A stretch of 64,000 bases of DNA. It comes from Camelus dromedarius. Lineage: Eukaryota. Below the pieces are notes generated by a model, which was not told the origin of the DNA, did no database searches, and was given only the letters and a program-made list of their open reading frames with translations. Positions within the stretch are counted from its first letter, which is position 1; each line of letters begins with the position of its first letter. The translations under genes were made by a program, and so were the position numbers. The stretch covers positions 72,788,001 through 72,852,000 of the forward strand of contig NC_087443.1 of NCBI RefSeq assembly GCF_036321535.1, read 5' to 3'. Of this stretch, positions 1-13,695 are shown in pieces.

Positions 1-2
1 CT

Positions 3-209
<207 letters not shown>

Positions 210-2832
210 TGAGTCAAACACAAATCGATTAATGCAGTGAGGTGATGCCAGGAAGGAGCTCAAGCTGATGCCTTTGCTAATTGACTTGAAGATGCAGCCA
301 GTAGTCGAGTATCTGGTGCGTGCCAGGCAGCGTTATCTCCCGGTTACCCTTTGAGGCAGCTGCTGTCATTTTACTCCGCTTGTCAGCTGGGGAAACCAAG
401 GCACCGAGTGATTCTGTAACTGGCCCAGAGTTGCACAGCTTCTGGGCGGGTGGTGGAGGTGGGCCAGGCCTGGCACTGAGCCCCCACCCGTAGCTTTCTA
501 CCTGCCTTACTGGGGCCCAGGCGTCCTGCCCTTGGGAAGCAGCCGCCGGTTTTGGGAGCTGAGGATGAGGGTGAGCCTCTGGGCTCCTCTTTACTCTCCC
601 CGGGGGTGTGGGTTCTCTCCGAGGAGCTGCCTTGCTCAGTAGCACAGCCCCGTCCTCTTCATCCAGCACCCACACAGCCAGGCGCCTCCAGTAGCAAAGG
701 GGGCTTCTCTCCCCAGGGGCTGGTGCAGCCAAACACACCGGGGGCGGTCTGTTCCTGGCCCCACTCAGGACACGGCGGTGGTGAGGAGGCTAGGGGCACT
801 GGATGAGGGCTCCTCTGTGCGGGTGGATGCCCCAGCCCTTCTCCCCTGTGTGCCCTGGGGTGGAGCGTGCCCCCTTGTTGTGTGATGTCCTCTTATCTGC
901 TCTAACTGCTGGAGGTCATAGACAGGCCAAGCTCTTTTTATTATACTCAGATCTGTGCAGCATGGACACAGGATGGCCCTGTTACCCAGAACTCTGCAGG
1001 CCCAGCTGTTCTTGCAGCTTCTGCCGGGGGCTTTGGGTGAAATGCCCTGTGCCTGCTAAGGAACATGAGGCCTCTCAGAACCATTTAGCTGTTCTGAATG
1101 GCTTCTCCACATGGCCTGGCCTCCGCCAGTTTCCCAGGCCAGGCGGGACCTACATGCGGGACCAGACCTGCTCAGTTCTCGCCCTGGGGCACCCCCTCCA
1201 GATTCTTTTGTTGTGCTGTGACAACAGATGATGACTGTTCACTCTGTGCGCCCCATGTGCCCAGCATGGAGGAGGAGCTCCCTTAATTGGCGTTTATGAA
1301 ATAAAAGAAGCCCTGTGCACCCCTTGAAGGCAGATGTAAGCAGGGAAGTGGTAGAGTGCTCAGGGATGGGGATGTCCTCAAACCCACCCTCCATCCTTAA
1401 AACCTCAGGTTGGAATTCCCACGATGTTCCTGGGGCCAAGAGTAGAGTTGGCCTAAGAGATCAGGGCCTCTGGGTCCAGGGAGACTTGGGTTCAAATCCC
1501 ACCCTCTCTCCCAGCCACCTGACAAGCTCCTTAATCTTGCTGAGCCTCAGTTTCCTCAGCTGAAAATGGTGATCATGAACCCAGTCATATGAGACCACGT
1601 GTATAAAGGGCTTTGCTGGAGCCAGGGACCCACTCCCCTTAGCACTCGACTTTCTTTCTGGAATGCACAACAGCTCTCACTTTGCTGGTCCCCTCCTGTG
1701 TTGGGTGTTCGATACACATCTCCCCAAGATCTGGAGGCACATGGGAAGGATGGGAGAGAAGGTGAGCTCATCCTTGGGGCTGGGAGAATGTGGGGAAGGG
1801 TTTGGCCACTGACAACTCACAAGTGGCCTACAGGGAGCATAGAGGAGGGAGAGCCCCCCCTGATTCTGGCCATTACCTTCCTGGGGTCATTTTGTTCTTC
1901 ATGCTAATTTAGGCGTGGAGAGAGTAGGGCCTAGGGGTGGGAATGGGTGGCCTCAGATGCTGTGGTCTTCGCTATCCCCGGGGGGGTCAAGCCCCCTTCT
2001 CCATCCTCTTCCTCCCGTGCGACAAGTTCACCAGCTACCAGATGCCTTTCCTGGACACTGAGCCCAGCGGGCCCCAGGGAATGGCTCCCAGTCAACCTCA
2101 GAGCTGAAGGGCTGATCCAAGAGGCCTGCTGAGGTGTTGATTTGGAAGAGAGAGCTTGAAGTAGGAGGACAGGAGCCGCCAGAGAGGAAAGCTGTGCAGA
2201 GAGGCGGGGTGACTGCATGAGGGCCAGGCTCACCTGGGGGGGCCCTGCCTGTGGGGCCTGTTTGCTTCTCGGCCTTCAGGTTAACTGCCTGCAGGTGGTG
2301 GTGCCAGAGTACTCCGTGGGCACAGCCAGGTCTGCAGGAGAATTTAAATTAGCTCCCGGCCAGGGTCTTTTAAAGCATCCTGTCCCCTTCTGTCAGAGCA
2401 ACACCTCCCCCAAGCCCAGCTATTATTGGATGTCTGTTTGCCCCTCAAGTGTGAGAGGCTATTCAGGAAGGATCTTTTAAATCCATCTCTGTGCCTGGTG
2501 TCTGCTTGCAGCAGGTGCACAGTAGTTGGACGAATGAATGAAGGGAAGAATGAATGAAGTCGTGTGACTGAGTGAACACAGCATTTTAAATAAATGGAAT
2601 AGTACTGAGAGTAATACGAGGAACATTTGTGTATCTGCCATCTGGATTAAAGACATTTAATATTTTGCTGTAGTGATTCATGTGTTTCTTAGCAATAGAA
2701 AACACAAACACGAAACATAGGTCTTCCTGTTCCAGACAAGATGGAGTAGATATGTTGTTCCCTATCCCTCCCGCCAAAGGTGGTCCAGAGCTCTGGTCAT
2801 CGCGTGCGTGTAAAGCAAATAGAAGATACTGG

Positions 2833-2985
2833 GTGGGGAGGGTATGTAGCTCAGTGGTAGAGCACACACTTAGCATGCACAAGGTCCTCGGTTCAACCTC
2901 CAGAACCTCTGTTAAAAATAAATAAATAAATAAACCTAATTACCTCTCCCTTCCCAAAAAAAAGGCCACCCCACCGAATCCCAAA
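2833..2985 (+). mobile_element. tRNA-Ala-derived SINE (camelid vic-1-like), copy 1
   Basis: GGGGAGGGTATGTAGCTCAGTGGTAGAGC...TTAGCAT...GGTTCAACC head (A box, AGC anticodon, B box), (AAAT)n, CCTAATTACCTC segment and A-rich tail. Possible degenerate TSD AGAAGAT. Confidence 0.88.
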
Positions 2986-4349
2986 AAAGAAGATTATGGA
3001 AGGTGGAAGGAGAAGCGAGACTCGAGGGTGGGAAGAATGATGTGCCATTGAGCTCCTGGGTTTTCTTTGTTGTCTCCCTTATATCCCAGGGACCACAACC
3101 ACGCGCTGGAGAAACTCGCCACCAGAAATGCCAAGGGGTACAAACAAAAAGGACCCCTCCTCAAAAAGAAAGGAATAAAAAAAAGCCTGTTGTCCCCCTA
3201 TCCAAAGGCCTGGGGAAGGGGCAGCTGAGCTGGCCTGGGCAGTTGGTGCAGCTGGCCCTTCCAGAACTGTCCCTCTTCTGACACAGTTCATGCCAGCAGT
3301 GTGAAGGCCTCACTTTCTGCCTGCCTTCTCACTGAACCTAGTTCCAGATTTAGAGACCCAGTGCACCCTTCCTCTTTGACACACAGATTCTGATGCTTTG
3401 AGGTGAGCGGGCCCTGTGGGGTTTCGTTCCCCTGCCCCTCTACTCTCAGGGCCCCTGCTCTAGCCCTGCTCCCCATGAGGCTCCAGGCATGGCCCCAGAA
3501 GATGCCCCTCCCCTTCCAGCTGGCCTGGCCTCACCCGCTCACTTCCGGTCTGGGGGACCCAGGAGCATAGCGTTCGCCTCTGGGCTTTCCTCCATCTGTG
3601 GCGCCCACCCCATGGGCCCCATCCCCTTCTGTCCAGCTAGGTCCATAAACGGGCCACTTGGCAGGGTCCAATCCCCTGGGAGGGTGTGAGAAACGTGCGT
3701 GCTGGCGTGTGAAAATGAATTCTTCTGTTCTTCTAGAGGGCATTGAAAAGACTCTGTGTGTGAGGGCAGTGTGCAGAGGGGCCGGGGAAAACAGGAAGGC
3801 CGCCATAAACCCGGGGGCTGCAGCTCGCGGCGACGGGCCCCAGCGCTCCGGGCTTCCCGTGTGTTTACAGTCCGTCGCCCTGGTGTTTGCCCAGCCTCTG
3901 CTGGGGTCCTGCTGGAAGGCTTTCTTAAATAAAAATCTCATTTCTTTTCTAGACCAATACACAAACCAAACAGTGGCAAATGCCGCATTTATTTTTCTTG
4001 TGGATGCATGAGCTCACTTTCTAAAGCTATTTGGGAGGATGTCCCGGGGCAGGCTTTGGGCCAAGGTGTCAAGGCCCTTTTGGGCCCACAGGGCCACGTG
4101 GGAAGGCTCTTGATCAGAGGGAAGGATGGAGCCCCTGGGGACCCAGGGACGCCTCCCCCTCAGCACTGCACTGAGAACCACAGGCCATCTCCCCCAGCAG
4201 CCCGGGGATTTTAAAAAATGAAAACGGCACCCTGTGAATCCCCTACTGAAACCACTGCAGCATCCTCCCTCCCACCTGGAATAAAACAGCAACTTCTTAC
4301 CGTGGCTCATGAGCACTTTGGCCATTGTGTGAAGCCCAGGGATCACTTC

Positions 4350-4755
4350 TCAGAATAATGCTTTTACGTACATACGATAAAACACGTAGGGTTTACAAAG
4401 GAAACCAGTTCTTTTCAGATAGTTATTAGATACTTTTAAACTTTATGATACTGAAGTATCTGTGCTTCTTTGTTATACTTTTATAAGTTCCAGCAGCTGG
4501 TCTAGTAGTTACTGTCATTTTGAGTTAGTGACGAGCGTAAGTGGTATTTCCAGATATCTGCAACAGAGTGATGTGAATGCATCTGAGATTTCTGTTGTTG
4601 ACGAGTCCCAGGCACTGCTAACGTAATTGTGCGTTGTTGTCTACATTCATGATGAAAGGAAGTAGTGCTCACTTCCAGTTAGAGACTGGTGAAAAGAGAG
4701 ATGACACTTTTCTCCATCCAAGTTCATGGACCCCCTAAATCCTATCCATGGACCT
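4350..4755. mobile_element. hAT-Charlie-type DNA transposon fossil
   Basis: AT-rich segment ending CATCCAAGTTCATGGACCCCCTAAATCCTATCCATGGACC, which I recall as Charlie1-like; subfamily uncertain. Confidence 0.55.
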
Positions 4756-4799
4756 CTTGGCAGTGACCTTCCTACTCTGCTCCACATGAGCTGGTCCTC

Positions 4800-5250
4800 G
4801 CCTCCATCTCAGTCCCTCCCTCCTCCATTCACTTTGCTGTGCTGGTTGCCTTCTTGTTTGAATACCCCAAGCTTGTCTCGAGCCTGGAACCTTCGCACCT
4901 GCTATTCCCTCTGCCTGGAATGCTCTTCCCCACACTTTTTCCCAGGTGGCCTTTAGGTCTCAGCTCAGATATCACCTCCATAGAGAAACCCTCCCAACCA
5001 GCCTTTGGAAAGGAAACATACTCTCCTCTAATTGCTGTCTTTCATGTTCTGCTGTTTACTAATGTTCTTTGCCCATAACCCTATCTGCAGTCATCTTTTG
5101 TTTAGTTATTGACCTGTGTGTTTTTTTCTCTCCCTCCCTAGACTGGATGTCCCATGACAGTAGTGACTGTGTCTTGTGTGGTTCTCCATTAAAACAGTGC
5201 CTGGCACACAACAGGGGTTCTTTAAATATTGGTGAGTGAATGAAGGAATG
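4800..5250 (+). mobile_element. L2 3' end
   Basis: CCCTCTGCCTGGAATGCTCTTCCCC...CAGTGCCTGGCACAC...AAATATTGGTGAGTGAATGAA. Confidence 0.8.
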
Positions 5251-8200
5251 AATAAAGTGAAATATTGGAAATTAGCGCTCTGTTTAGAAAATTTGTGACA
5301 CGTGCTTGCCATAGCCAAATTTAATCTTAGCCAACGGTTTATACTTAAAGTCATAAAAGTTTGGATTTAGGAGGCACCTCGGAAAGCATCTGCTTTAACA
5401 CTCCCATCCCCCACTCCTTACTAGATAGATGAGGAAGCTTGGCGCTGTTACGAGACTGGGGCCGCAGTCTCAAGTCCACTTAGCTGGTGGCTCCTGGCCC
5501 AGGCCAGTCTGTCCTGAGGCTGCAGTTTGAGTAATTCTCACAGTGATGTTAGGTGTTTACAGAATTCTCAGCTCAAGGAGCTTCCTATCCAACCACCCAC
5601 TTCAGATTTGAATTTCAGAGCCCTTTAGTCTCCAAGAGGAGAAGTGACCTGCCTGGGATAGTCCAGGCCCCTGGAGGGTGGACAGCTCTCCACTCCCCAG
5701 CATCATGTTGACTCATAAACGTATTTGGCATCAGCCCCCAGCCAGCACCCAAAGCAGGGAGTCTCATTAGGCACTCAGAGGAGTAAACATTTCTGTCTGC
5801 CTCTTTCTTTCCTTTATCTCCTGAGTGTGGGTGCATGTTCATTTGTTTATTCAACAAGTGTCTATTGAGCACTTATGATATGCCACCCACTGGGGAGAGA
5901 GACTTGATTCCTGCCCGCCTCCCCTGCTGGAGCTTATTCATGGCTGCACCCAGGAGACTGGTGGAAATAAGGGAGTGATAAGTTGAGAAAGTACCATGAT
6001 GGAGGGACAATTTGCTGAGCTAGAGAGCCGTGTCCAGGGTCTTCCACTGATCAGGAAGTACCCTGGAGGAAGTGGCATCACTCTGAGCCTCCCAGGGCAT
6101 CTCTTTGTGTGAGCTCCCTGGGGGCAAGGACCACATCTTCTCCATCTTGGGGGGGGTCTCCTTGGCTGGCACAGTGAGTGGATGGATGGGTGGATGATGG
6201 ATGGATAAAGTGGCTGAATGGATACTGCCCTCCTCCCCTGCCTGGAAACCATAACTGTGATTGGCAGCAATGAGTATTAAGACAGAGCTTCCTTGCCATG
6301 TACATCTACTTCCAGTGTGGGCCCCAGACATGAGTAGCTGATTTGACACGGTCTTGATGGAGAGCAGACAGACCATAGGAGGAAGAAGTGTTCTCTAATA
6401 TCTGCTTGATGGAACACCCAACAATGGCATTAGTTAGTGAGCTAATTGTTCACATAAGGTAATTAGAGGGCCCAAATCAAAGAGGTTCTCAGAACATCCA
6501 AAATTTGGAAGGCTGGAACATCATTGTGAAGATAAAAGATTGTTGAGGTCTGCAAATATTTCTCAGTGACGCAGAAAGTTCTGTTGGGCAAAAAGTGTGG
6601 CATTTTTATTTATTTAGCTCAGGCTCATTGCGTACTTTATTCTTTCATTAAAAAAAAAGGCATGAGGGGGTTTGAGTGAAAGAGTTGATTATTCCACCAT
6701 TTGGCAATATTTCTGTAGGAACTGTCCAAAAGCTATATAATAAATCAAGGCCCCCTGCCCACCCCCTGGCGGGGCTGACGTTTACCAGGAGGCTGTTCAC
6801 AGAAAGTAGTTGCTGCCCTGCCCTGTATCCTTGTGGACAGACTGGACGGGAGAGATTTCCTTTGCCTTGTGGGAGAGCCTCTTGCTCAAGTCTTAACTCT
6901 TTCCAGGAGCAGAAGCCCTAGGCTCTGGGGGATTTCCTAAAAGAAAATGTAGAATTTTAACCTCAAAGAAGAAACACTAAAATACTGTAACAATGTGAAG
7001 ACTGCCTTGAACCAGCCTCGTACTTGACTCTGCACTCAGCACTGCTCATGGTCTTTAAACAGGAAATCAGCCTGCAAATACTTGTTGAGCCCCTACTATG
7101 TGCTCAGCATTGTTGCAGGCACGGGAGTCGTACCGTTGGCCACAGAAGCGTGCAGTCTTGTGGAAGGACTTTGGTCATTGGCAATGAGTGAAACGGTTGT
7201 TCTGCTGCTCCCAGGTGTGTGACATTGGGCAAGTTGCTTAATTTCTCTGGGTTGCAGTTTCTTTGTCTATAAAATGGGAGACGCTAATACCAACCTGGTA
7301 GAACCACTGGGAGGGCTGGCAGAGTGCCTCACACATGCCACCACTGTCGTCATCATCATCATGGTGCTAGTGGTGTAGGGTGAAGGTTGAAGGTCCTTGG
7401 GGGGCAGGCTTTGGAATTTCCCAAAGAAGCTGAATTGGCTACAAATGATGAATGGGGCTGGCTGCTTCTGTGCTGACATCACATAGCTCCAGTGCCCCAG
7501 GGACCCCTGCCTTGGGATCATTTGAATTCTACCCATTCTTGAACCCCTGCCTCTAGCCTCCCCTTCCTGGAGGCCACCCTGATTCCTGCAGTCCTTAGAC
7601 TTCCTTCCTCCTCTTGGCCCCACAGCTCACCTGGGGAAGCTGATGGTGTCACACTGTGCCCAGACCCCTGGCCTGGTAGGTTTCTTTGCAAGGACGTATG
7701 GACATTTGCCAATGAAGATCGCACCCCAGAGTCCTAACAATGGTTACCCCTGGGGAAGGCATGGAGGTCAGAGAGGGCATTAGGTTTATCTGTAAGGTGA
7801 TTTTTTAAAAAAGGAGAATGAATTGGCAAGTTATACGTGTGAGTAAAAGTTGAGTGAAGAGAGACTGGATCTGCTGCCTGGTTTCACAGTGGGGCTGTGG
7901 GGATGGTGATGCCATTTCCCTCTCTTCTGGTTGATTTTGTGTCCCCTTGATGAGTCTGTGGGCTCCAACGGGAAGGTCAGAGTCTCACCATCTTTACACA
8001 CCCTGCAGAACTGTAGCTGAGGGGCTTCTGCCCAGTTCTTCTGGGATGCTGGCAGCAGGAGACCATCCTGCAGCCTTCAGCAGGTGGGGTCTCAGGGCTT
8101 TCAGTCCTGCAAGGGTTTGGAGGGAAGCCTAGGCCTGGATCCACTCAGTCTGACCCTGAAGCCCCTCCCTGGGGTCTCCAGTCTCCTCCTGGGCTGCTCA

Positions 8201-9182
8201 GCCTTGCGCTCTGACTGGCAGTGTCCCCTCATCCAGCCCCCGGTGGTCTCCTGCCAGCACATTGTCGGTGTTCACTGAGTGGAGTGGGTAGCTTGGGTCC
8301 TTTCCCAGAGATGTGACAGGGACTGGCCCGTGCTGCAAACAGCCTCCCTTTCTGCTTCCCCCAACTCAAGCTCTACAGGTTTCCTGGCATTGGCAGGCAC
8401 ATGTTAGGGCCTGGAAAGGAATCTGGGCTCCTGGGGCAGGTCCAACCCCACCCAAGGGCCTGTGTGACCTGGTCCCCTTCAGGCCTGCCAGGCTGGCACG
8501 CAAGCTCTTGATTTCATCGTCAGGGAAACCAAGTCTTTCTGCAGACGTCATTCATGTCCTTGGGGTGATAAGGGCGCGTCACGTCTGTCGTTCTGCCACT
8601 TGCCACACTCCGATAAGGCACAGCATCTGCTCGTCCTTGGAGGGCAAGATAAATTTAGATGTGGCAGATTTAGAACATCAGGTGACCTGTCTGCAGCTGT
8701 AGCTCTCAGCAGGGAGAGGGTGGCCTGGTCAGTCCCACAGTTTGCTGGGTGTTAGTCTCACCTCTCCACCAAGATCAGCAGCCACTTGAAGGCAAGGGCT
8801 GGATCCTTGGTGTCCAGCCTGACCTTGGGTACAAGCAGGATGATGCTCGGTGATCACAGTTGGTGGGTTTCATGTTTGGAGATTCTTAGAATGGAGCACT
8901 GGTAAGGATTTTGCAGATGATCTGAAATTGTGATTCTCAAAGGCTGCTCTGCAGGGAGCAGCAGCGATCCAGCGGAGGCTTCTACCTGAGCAGGGTTTCT
9001 TTTTACCTTTTATATTTGGTCTTCTGTGTAAGATTTTATTTCAGAATTAAAACAGAGTTTGAAACCCACTGCTCTAGGCCAGGTCTCCCATTTTCCAGAT
9101 AAGTAAACTATGTCCCAGAGAGCCAAGTGACTTGCCAGGGTCTCCCTGTGGCCTGACTCCAAGGCAGGCACCTTCCCTCCCT

Positions 9183-9685
9183 GTCTTAGTCAGCTCAGGC
9201 TGCCGGAGCCAGATGCCACAGACTGGGGAGCTTACACAGCGGAAATTTACAGGCTTCCAGTTTTGGAGGCTGGAAGTCCAAGATCAAGGTGTCTGCAGTG
9301 TTGTTTCTTTCTGAACACTGTGAGGGAGAATCTGCCCCAGGCCTTCCTCCTAGCTTCTCGTGGTTGCTGGCAATTTGCAGCATTCCTTGGTTTGTAGAAG
9401 CGTCACTCTAACCTTGTTTTCATCCTCACATGGCATTCTCGTGTGTGTGTGTGTGTGCGCGTGCGCACATGCACATGCATGTGTCTGTGCGTGTCCGAAT
9501 TTCCCCCTTTTGTAAGGACGCCAGTTATAGGAGTCTTTCATTGGATTTGAGTTAACCCTAATAACCTCACGTTAACTTGATTACCCCTGTCAAGACCCTG
9601 TTTTCAAATAAGATCACATTCTGAGGTCCTAGAGGTTAAGTGGAGCTCCAGCATATCTTTTGAGGGGAATCACAATCCAACCCCT
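9183..9685 (-). mobile_element. MLT1 (MaLR) solo LTR
   Basis: TGTCTTAGTCAGCTCAGGCTGCC...GGAGGCTGGAAGTCCAAGATCAAGGTG...TCACATTCTGAGGT...CACAATCCAACCC. Confidence 0.85.
9440..9494 (+). repeat. (TG)n/(CG)/(CA) alternating purine-pyrimidine tract
   Basis: GTGTGTGTGTGTGTGTGCGCGTGCGCACATGCACATGCATGTGT inside an MLT1 LTR. Confidence 0.9.
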
Positions 9686-10551
9686 AGTATCCACCTTCTC
9701 ACATGATCTGTGTGGAGTTCAAGTTCAAGGGGCCAGAGGATCCCGATTCCCACCAGGTCTGGGGCTGGACCCTTGCCTCCTTCCCCACCCTGCTCGAGGT
9801 TAACCCCTGCAGGCCCAGGCTGACCTCTTCCCCAGAGGCCACAGGAATGTCCTGGGGAGGATTTACTGCTTTCCAAAGCATGTGGCATGGTGCTTTTTTG
9901 TTCCCTCTTTTTATTGTTATTGTTCAAGTAAGTGTAATTGGTAAATTGCTTTGCTAAAAAACATAAGAAAACTTTCATGAAAGGCCACCCACAACTTTAC
10001 CAGTTAGCTATAGACACGCTTAACACATACATCTAGTTCCTTCTAGCTTTTTTTCCTCTCTGCACATACCACGGGTTTTTTTCCCCCCCTTTCTTCTTTT
10101 TTATTTTTAAATTGAAGTATGGTTGATTTACAGTGTTGTGTTGCACATACTATGGTTTCGTTTCATAACTTTTTTTCTTAATATAATTTCAAAAATATTT
10201 TCCCACATCGTTAAAATCCTCTATAAAAGTGATTTATGTTTTTCCATTTGATGCGTATTTATTGAGTGTCAGGCACTGGGGATACATCAGTGAACAAAAC
10301 ACAAAATTCCCGTTCCCATGGGCTGTCCGGAGGGGTGAATACATACTCCGGTGGACAATGGGGAACTAGCCTCTTGCCTTCCTCCCAGCATCCGTCCAGG
10401 CCCCTAGTCTGTCCCCACCTACTGCTTATTTATTTCCTGAGGGCGGATTCTTCCTTTAAGTTATCTTGAAAATAAGCCCTCGCCCCTTAGCCTGGCATGA
10501 ACCTGATTTTTAAAGGCTTCCTCTCTATCCCATGTATATGTTGTATTTTGG

Positions 10552-10582
10552 GTTTTGTTTTGTTTTGTTTTGTTTTGTTTTT
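10552..10582 (+). repeat. (GTTTT)n pentanucleotide repeat
   Basis: About 6 tandem GTTTT units. Confidence 0.9.
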
Positions 10583-11534
10583 GGTCCTCTGGTTTTTGCC
10601 ATTATAATTAGCATTCAGATGAACATCTTTGTATCTCATTGTGACATTGCGATCTCTGGCTCAGAGGTGAGAAAGCCCACACTGTCTTTTTGAAGGCAGA
10701 CACATTCAGCTAAACCTGCAGCCTGTGCTGTGGCCTCTGCCTCCTTTACTTCCTCTGGAATGTTCCATTCCCAGCTCATTCTTGCATCTGCAGACGCCAT
10801 TAGCCTGAAATGTGCCGTGGATGGACAAAGCCAGCGAGGTTTGGTGAGCACCTCGGCCCTGCTTGCCAGCCCCAGTTCATTGCAGGCGCAGCCCTGAGAA
10901 GGGCTTTGCTGTCTGCTTTAAGGCCTGTTGCTGAAAAATGGGAAAAAACAAGCTAGTTTATGCAGCAACGGGGATCTCAAACCAGCACAAGGGGCCAGCC
11001 GACCCGCAGCAGCCTGGGCATGACAGAGTTCTGCCCCATAAAGAGACACTGGGACAACACTCCTCGTGGTCTCTGCCCAGACTCTATTTACGGAATTTAT
11101 TTCCCGGGCTCCGTCTGTTCAGCAGCACCTTGGCAGCATTGCCCGAGCGTCTGTCTCAGCGCATTAAACACCCCTTGTTCCGAGTACCCCAGAGCTAGCA
11201 CCCAAGAGGGAGTGAGATGAAAAAATGTGGGCGGAGGAATATTTGGGGCCAATATAAACTTTCAAATTAAAAAAAAAAAAAGAACAACAACAAAAAAATG
11301 TATCCCCTAAAGAGCTGCTGTGGGCACGAGCGCCTGCTGACTCCAGCTGTGGGCCCTTCCAGCCAGTGTCAGAAAGGAAAATGCAAAGTCGAGAAACACG
11401 TCAATCAGGTGTTGCTTTTTGTTCGTTTTGTTTGTTTGTTTTTTCTGTTTCACAGCTGTGCTGTCCTTGCATCGTCTTTGAAAGTTATTTTTAAAATTAT
11501 CTTTCAGTTCTTTTTCTCTTTACAAAAATAGTGT

Positions 11535-11678
11535 GGGGGAGAGGGTATAGCTCAGTGGTAGAGGCCATGTTTAGCATGCATGAGGTCCTGGGTTCAATCC
11601 CCAGTAACTCCACTGAAAAAAAAATTAAAATAAATAAATAAACCTAATTATCTCCCCCTCCAAAAACAAAACAAAAAA
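11535..11678 (+). mobile_element. tRNA-Ala-derived SINE, copy 2
   Basis: TAGCTCAGTGG A box, GGTTCAATCC B box, (TAAA)n-CCTAATTA-C-rich-A-rich tail. Confidence 0.9.
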
Positions 11679-12813
11679 TAACATAAACCCACCAATGAAA
11701 TTTCCAAAAAATATCTCAAAAGAGGAAAATAAAAATTGCCATTAACTACTGTTAACATTTTGGTCTGTGGCCCTTTCATAGTTTGTTCTGCTTCAAGAGA
11801 GAGAATTGTACCAGCTATCTTGTTTCCCTGACCAGAAGTCAGGTGCCATTTTAAGTTGAAATATATGGTGGTAGAATCCCCACTAGACTGAGAGGCTGAA
11901 GACCCAGGTTGCTATGCTACTCCTTGGATCTGTGGCCTTGGGAAAAATCACTTAACCTCAACTTGCCCATCTTTAAAATGGGAATCCAGTAATCCAAGTG
12001 GCCAGTGGAGTTACTAGTAGAAAATGCTTTACAGTGAGCTCTACAAATTGTTGCTGGCCATTTTCAACGTGGTCATGTGACCTTTTCTTCTAAACCTCGC
12101 TGTGTGTCTGATCTTGGGGACAGTCACCATTCCCCACCTGGCTGCCCAGAGACCTGGGAGCCTCCCTTTCCCTCTGCCCTGTCACCCCCGCCCCTGTCCA
12201 GTGCACACAGCCAGTCCCTCTCCAGTTCCAGGTAACTCTGCCTCCATAATATTTCTTGGGGGCAGCCCCTCTTTCCCCATCCCCACCGTTCTTCTTATCC
12301 TGGCCGCTACCTTCACCTGCCTGAACTCTGGTATTGCTCCTGACTCCCTGCAGGCTCACTTGTTTCCTACCAAGCACTACGTAGCTGCCAAGAGGCTCTT
12401 TCTAAAACATTCTTCTGACCATGTGACCCACCCTGCTTCAATAGCTTTCCACTGTGGTCAGGATGGAGCCAGAAGGTCTTATCAAAGCCGACCAGACCCC
12501 GCCTTACCTGCCCTTCCTTACTGCTCCAGTTTCACTCCCACTTACCCATCCCAGACTCAGCCTTTCATTTTTGTTTCCCCCCTTCTCCAAGCCTTTGCCT
12601 GCCACACTTCCCTAACTCTGCCTGGTAATCGACTCATCTTCAGTCTTCTACCTTGCAGGTCACTTCCTCCAGGAAGCTTTCCCTGGTGACCCCACCAAGT
12701 CTGGGTTTGGTCCTCACTCTTGTGGCGGTCTGGTGACTTGTCTCTTCCTCCGCTTAACCACAGGGTAGAGCCTGGATCTGCCTGCCACCACACCAGGCCC
12801 TTTGAGAATCTTG

Positions 12814-12931
12814 ATTTTATTTTTAAAATTTTTTTATTTTTATTTTTTGGTCAATGGAGGTAGTAGGGATTGAACCCAGGACCTTGTGCTTGCAAAGCAT
12901 GCACTCTACCACTGAGCTATAACCTCCTCCC
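12814..12931 (-). mobile_element. tRNA-Ala-derived SINE, copy 3
   Basis: GGATTGAACCCAGGACC...CTCTACCACTGAGCTATA is the reverse complement of the SINE head; T-rich tail on the left. Confidence 0.9.
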
Positions 12932-13489
12932 TGCTTGGATAGTTTTGCCTTAATCTTCCCAAATGCTGGATTGATTGCTGATAGGTCTAATTTTTCTCTG
13001 TGAGTTCTTTTAAAAATCCCTGGAAATGTGGATAGAGAACAGCATTCACCTTGTTAGTTCTTAAGTAGCTGCTGTGATCAGAAATGGTTTAGGACAGAGA
13101 TGTCCAATTGTACCCCCCAAGGGCGGTGACCTCACTTTTCTCTCCCTTATGGGCCCTCTACTGACTCAAGGGGCAGTGTGGGAGAGTCCGAGAGAGGCGT
13201 GTGTGCTGCCAGCACGGCGGTCATACCACGCCCCTCTGGCTGCCAGAGCATGACTGGTGGGTAGAGATAGGTACGGAGGCAATGCTGCCCCAGACCTTTG
13301 GCTGAGCCCAGCCTGGGGCAGAGCAAGGTGCTGAGAATGGCTTTGCCAAAATACTCCATCATCAGGCTTGGGTGTCAGCAACTCTGGGAGTGCCCAGCAG
13401 CTGTAGGCACTGTGCTTGTTCCTCAGGCAGGTCAGCTGGAACGAAGCTGTTGAGGGGCTCACCAGCTCTGTCAATTTAGGGTGGAGACA

Positions 13490-13695
13490 ACAGTGAAGAG
13501 CATGAGCTCTGGCATCAGAGGGACCTGGGTTTGAGCCACTCTCAGTTCCTTACTGACTGTGGCTTGGGGCAAGTGATTTAACTTCCCTAATCCTCAGTCT
13601 ATCTGCAAAGTGGGAATAGGAGTGTTGCAAGGATTAAACGGAGACATGCATGGGGAGGGCTCGGTCCAGGGCCTGGCTCACAGTGTGTTGCTCAT
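13490..13695 (+). mobile_element. MIR SINE
   Basis: CTGGGTTTGAGCC...TGTGGCTTGGGGCAAGTGATTTAACTTCCCTAATCCTCAGT...AAAGTGGGAATA...GCAAGGATTAAA. Further MIR fragments lie near 1460-1580, 11880-11990, 16130-16460, 29820-29990, 39110-39290, 49830-50010, 50430-50640, 62900-63060 and 63180-63330. Confidence 0.75.
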
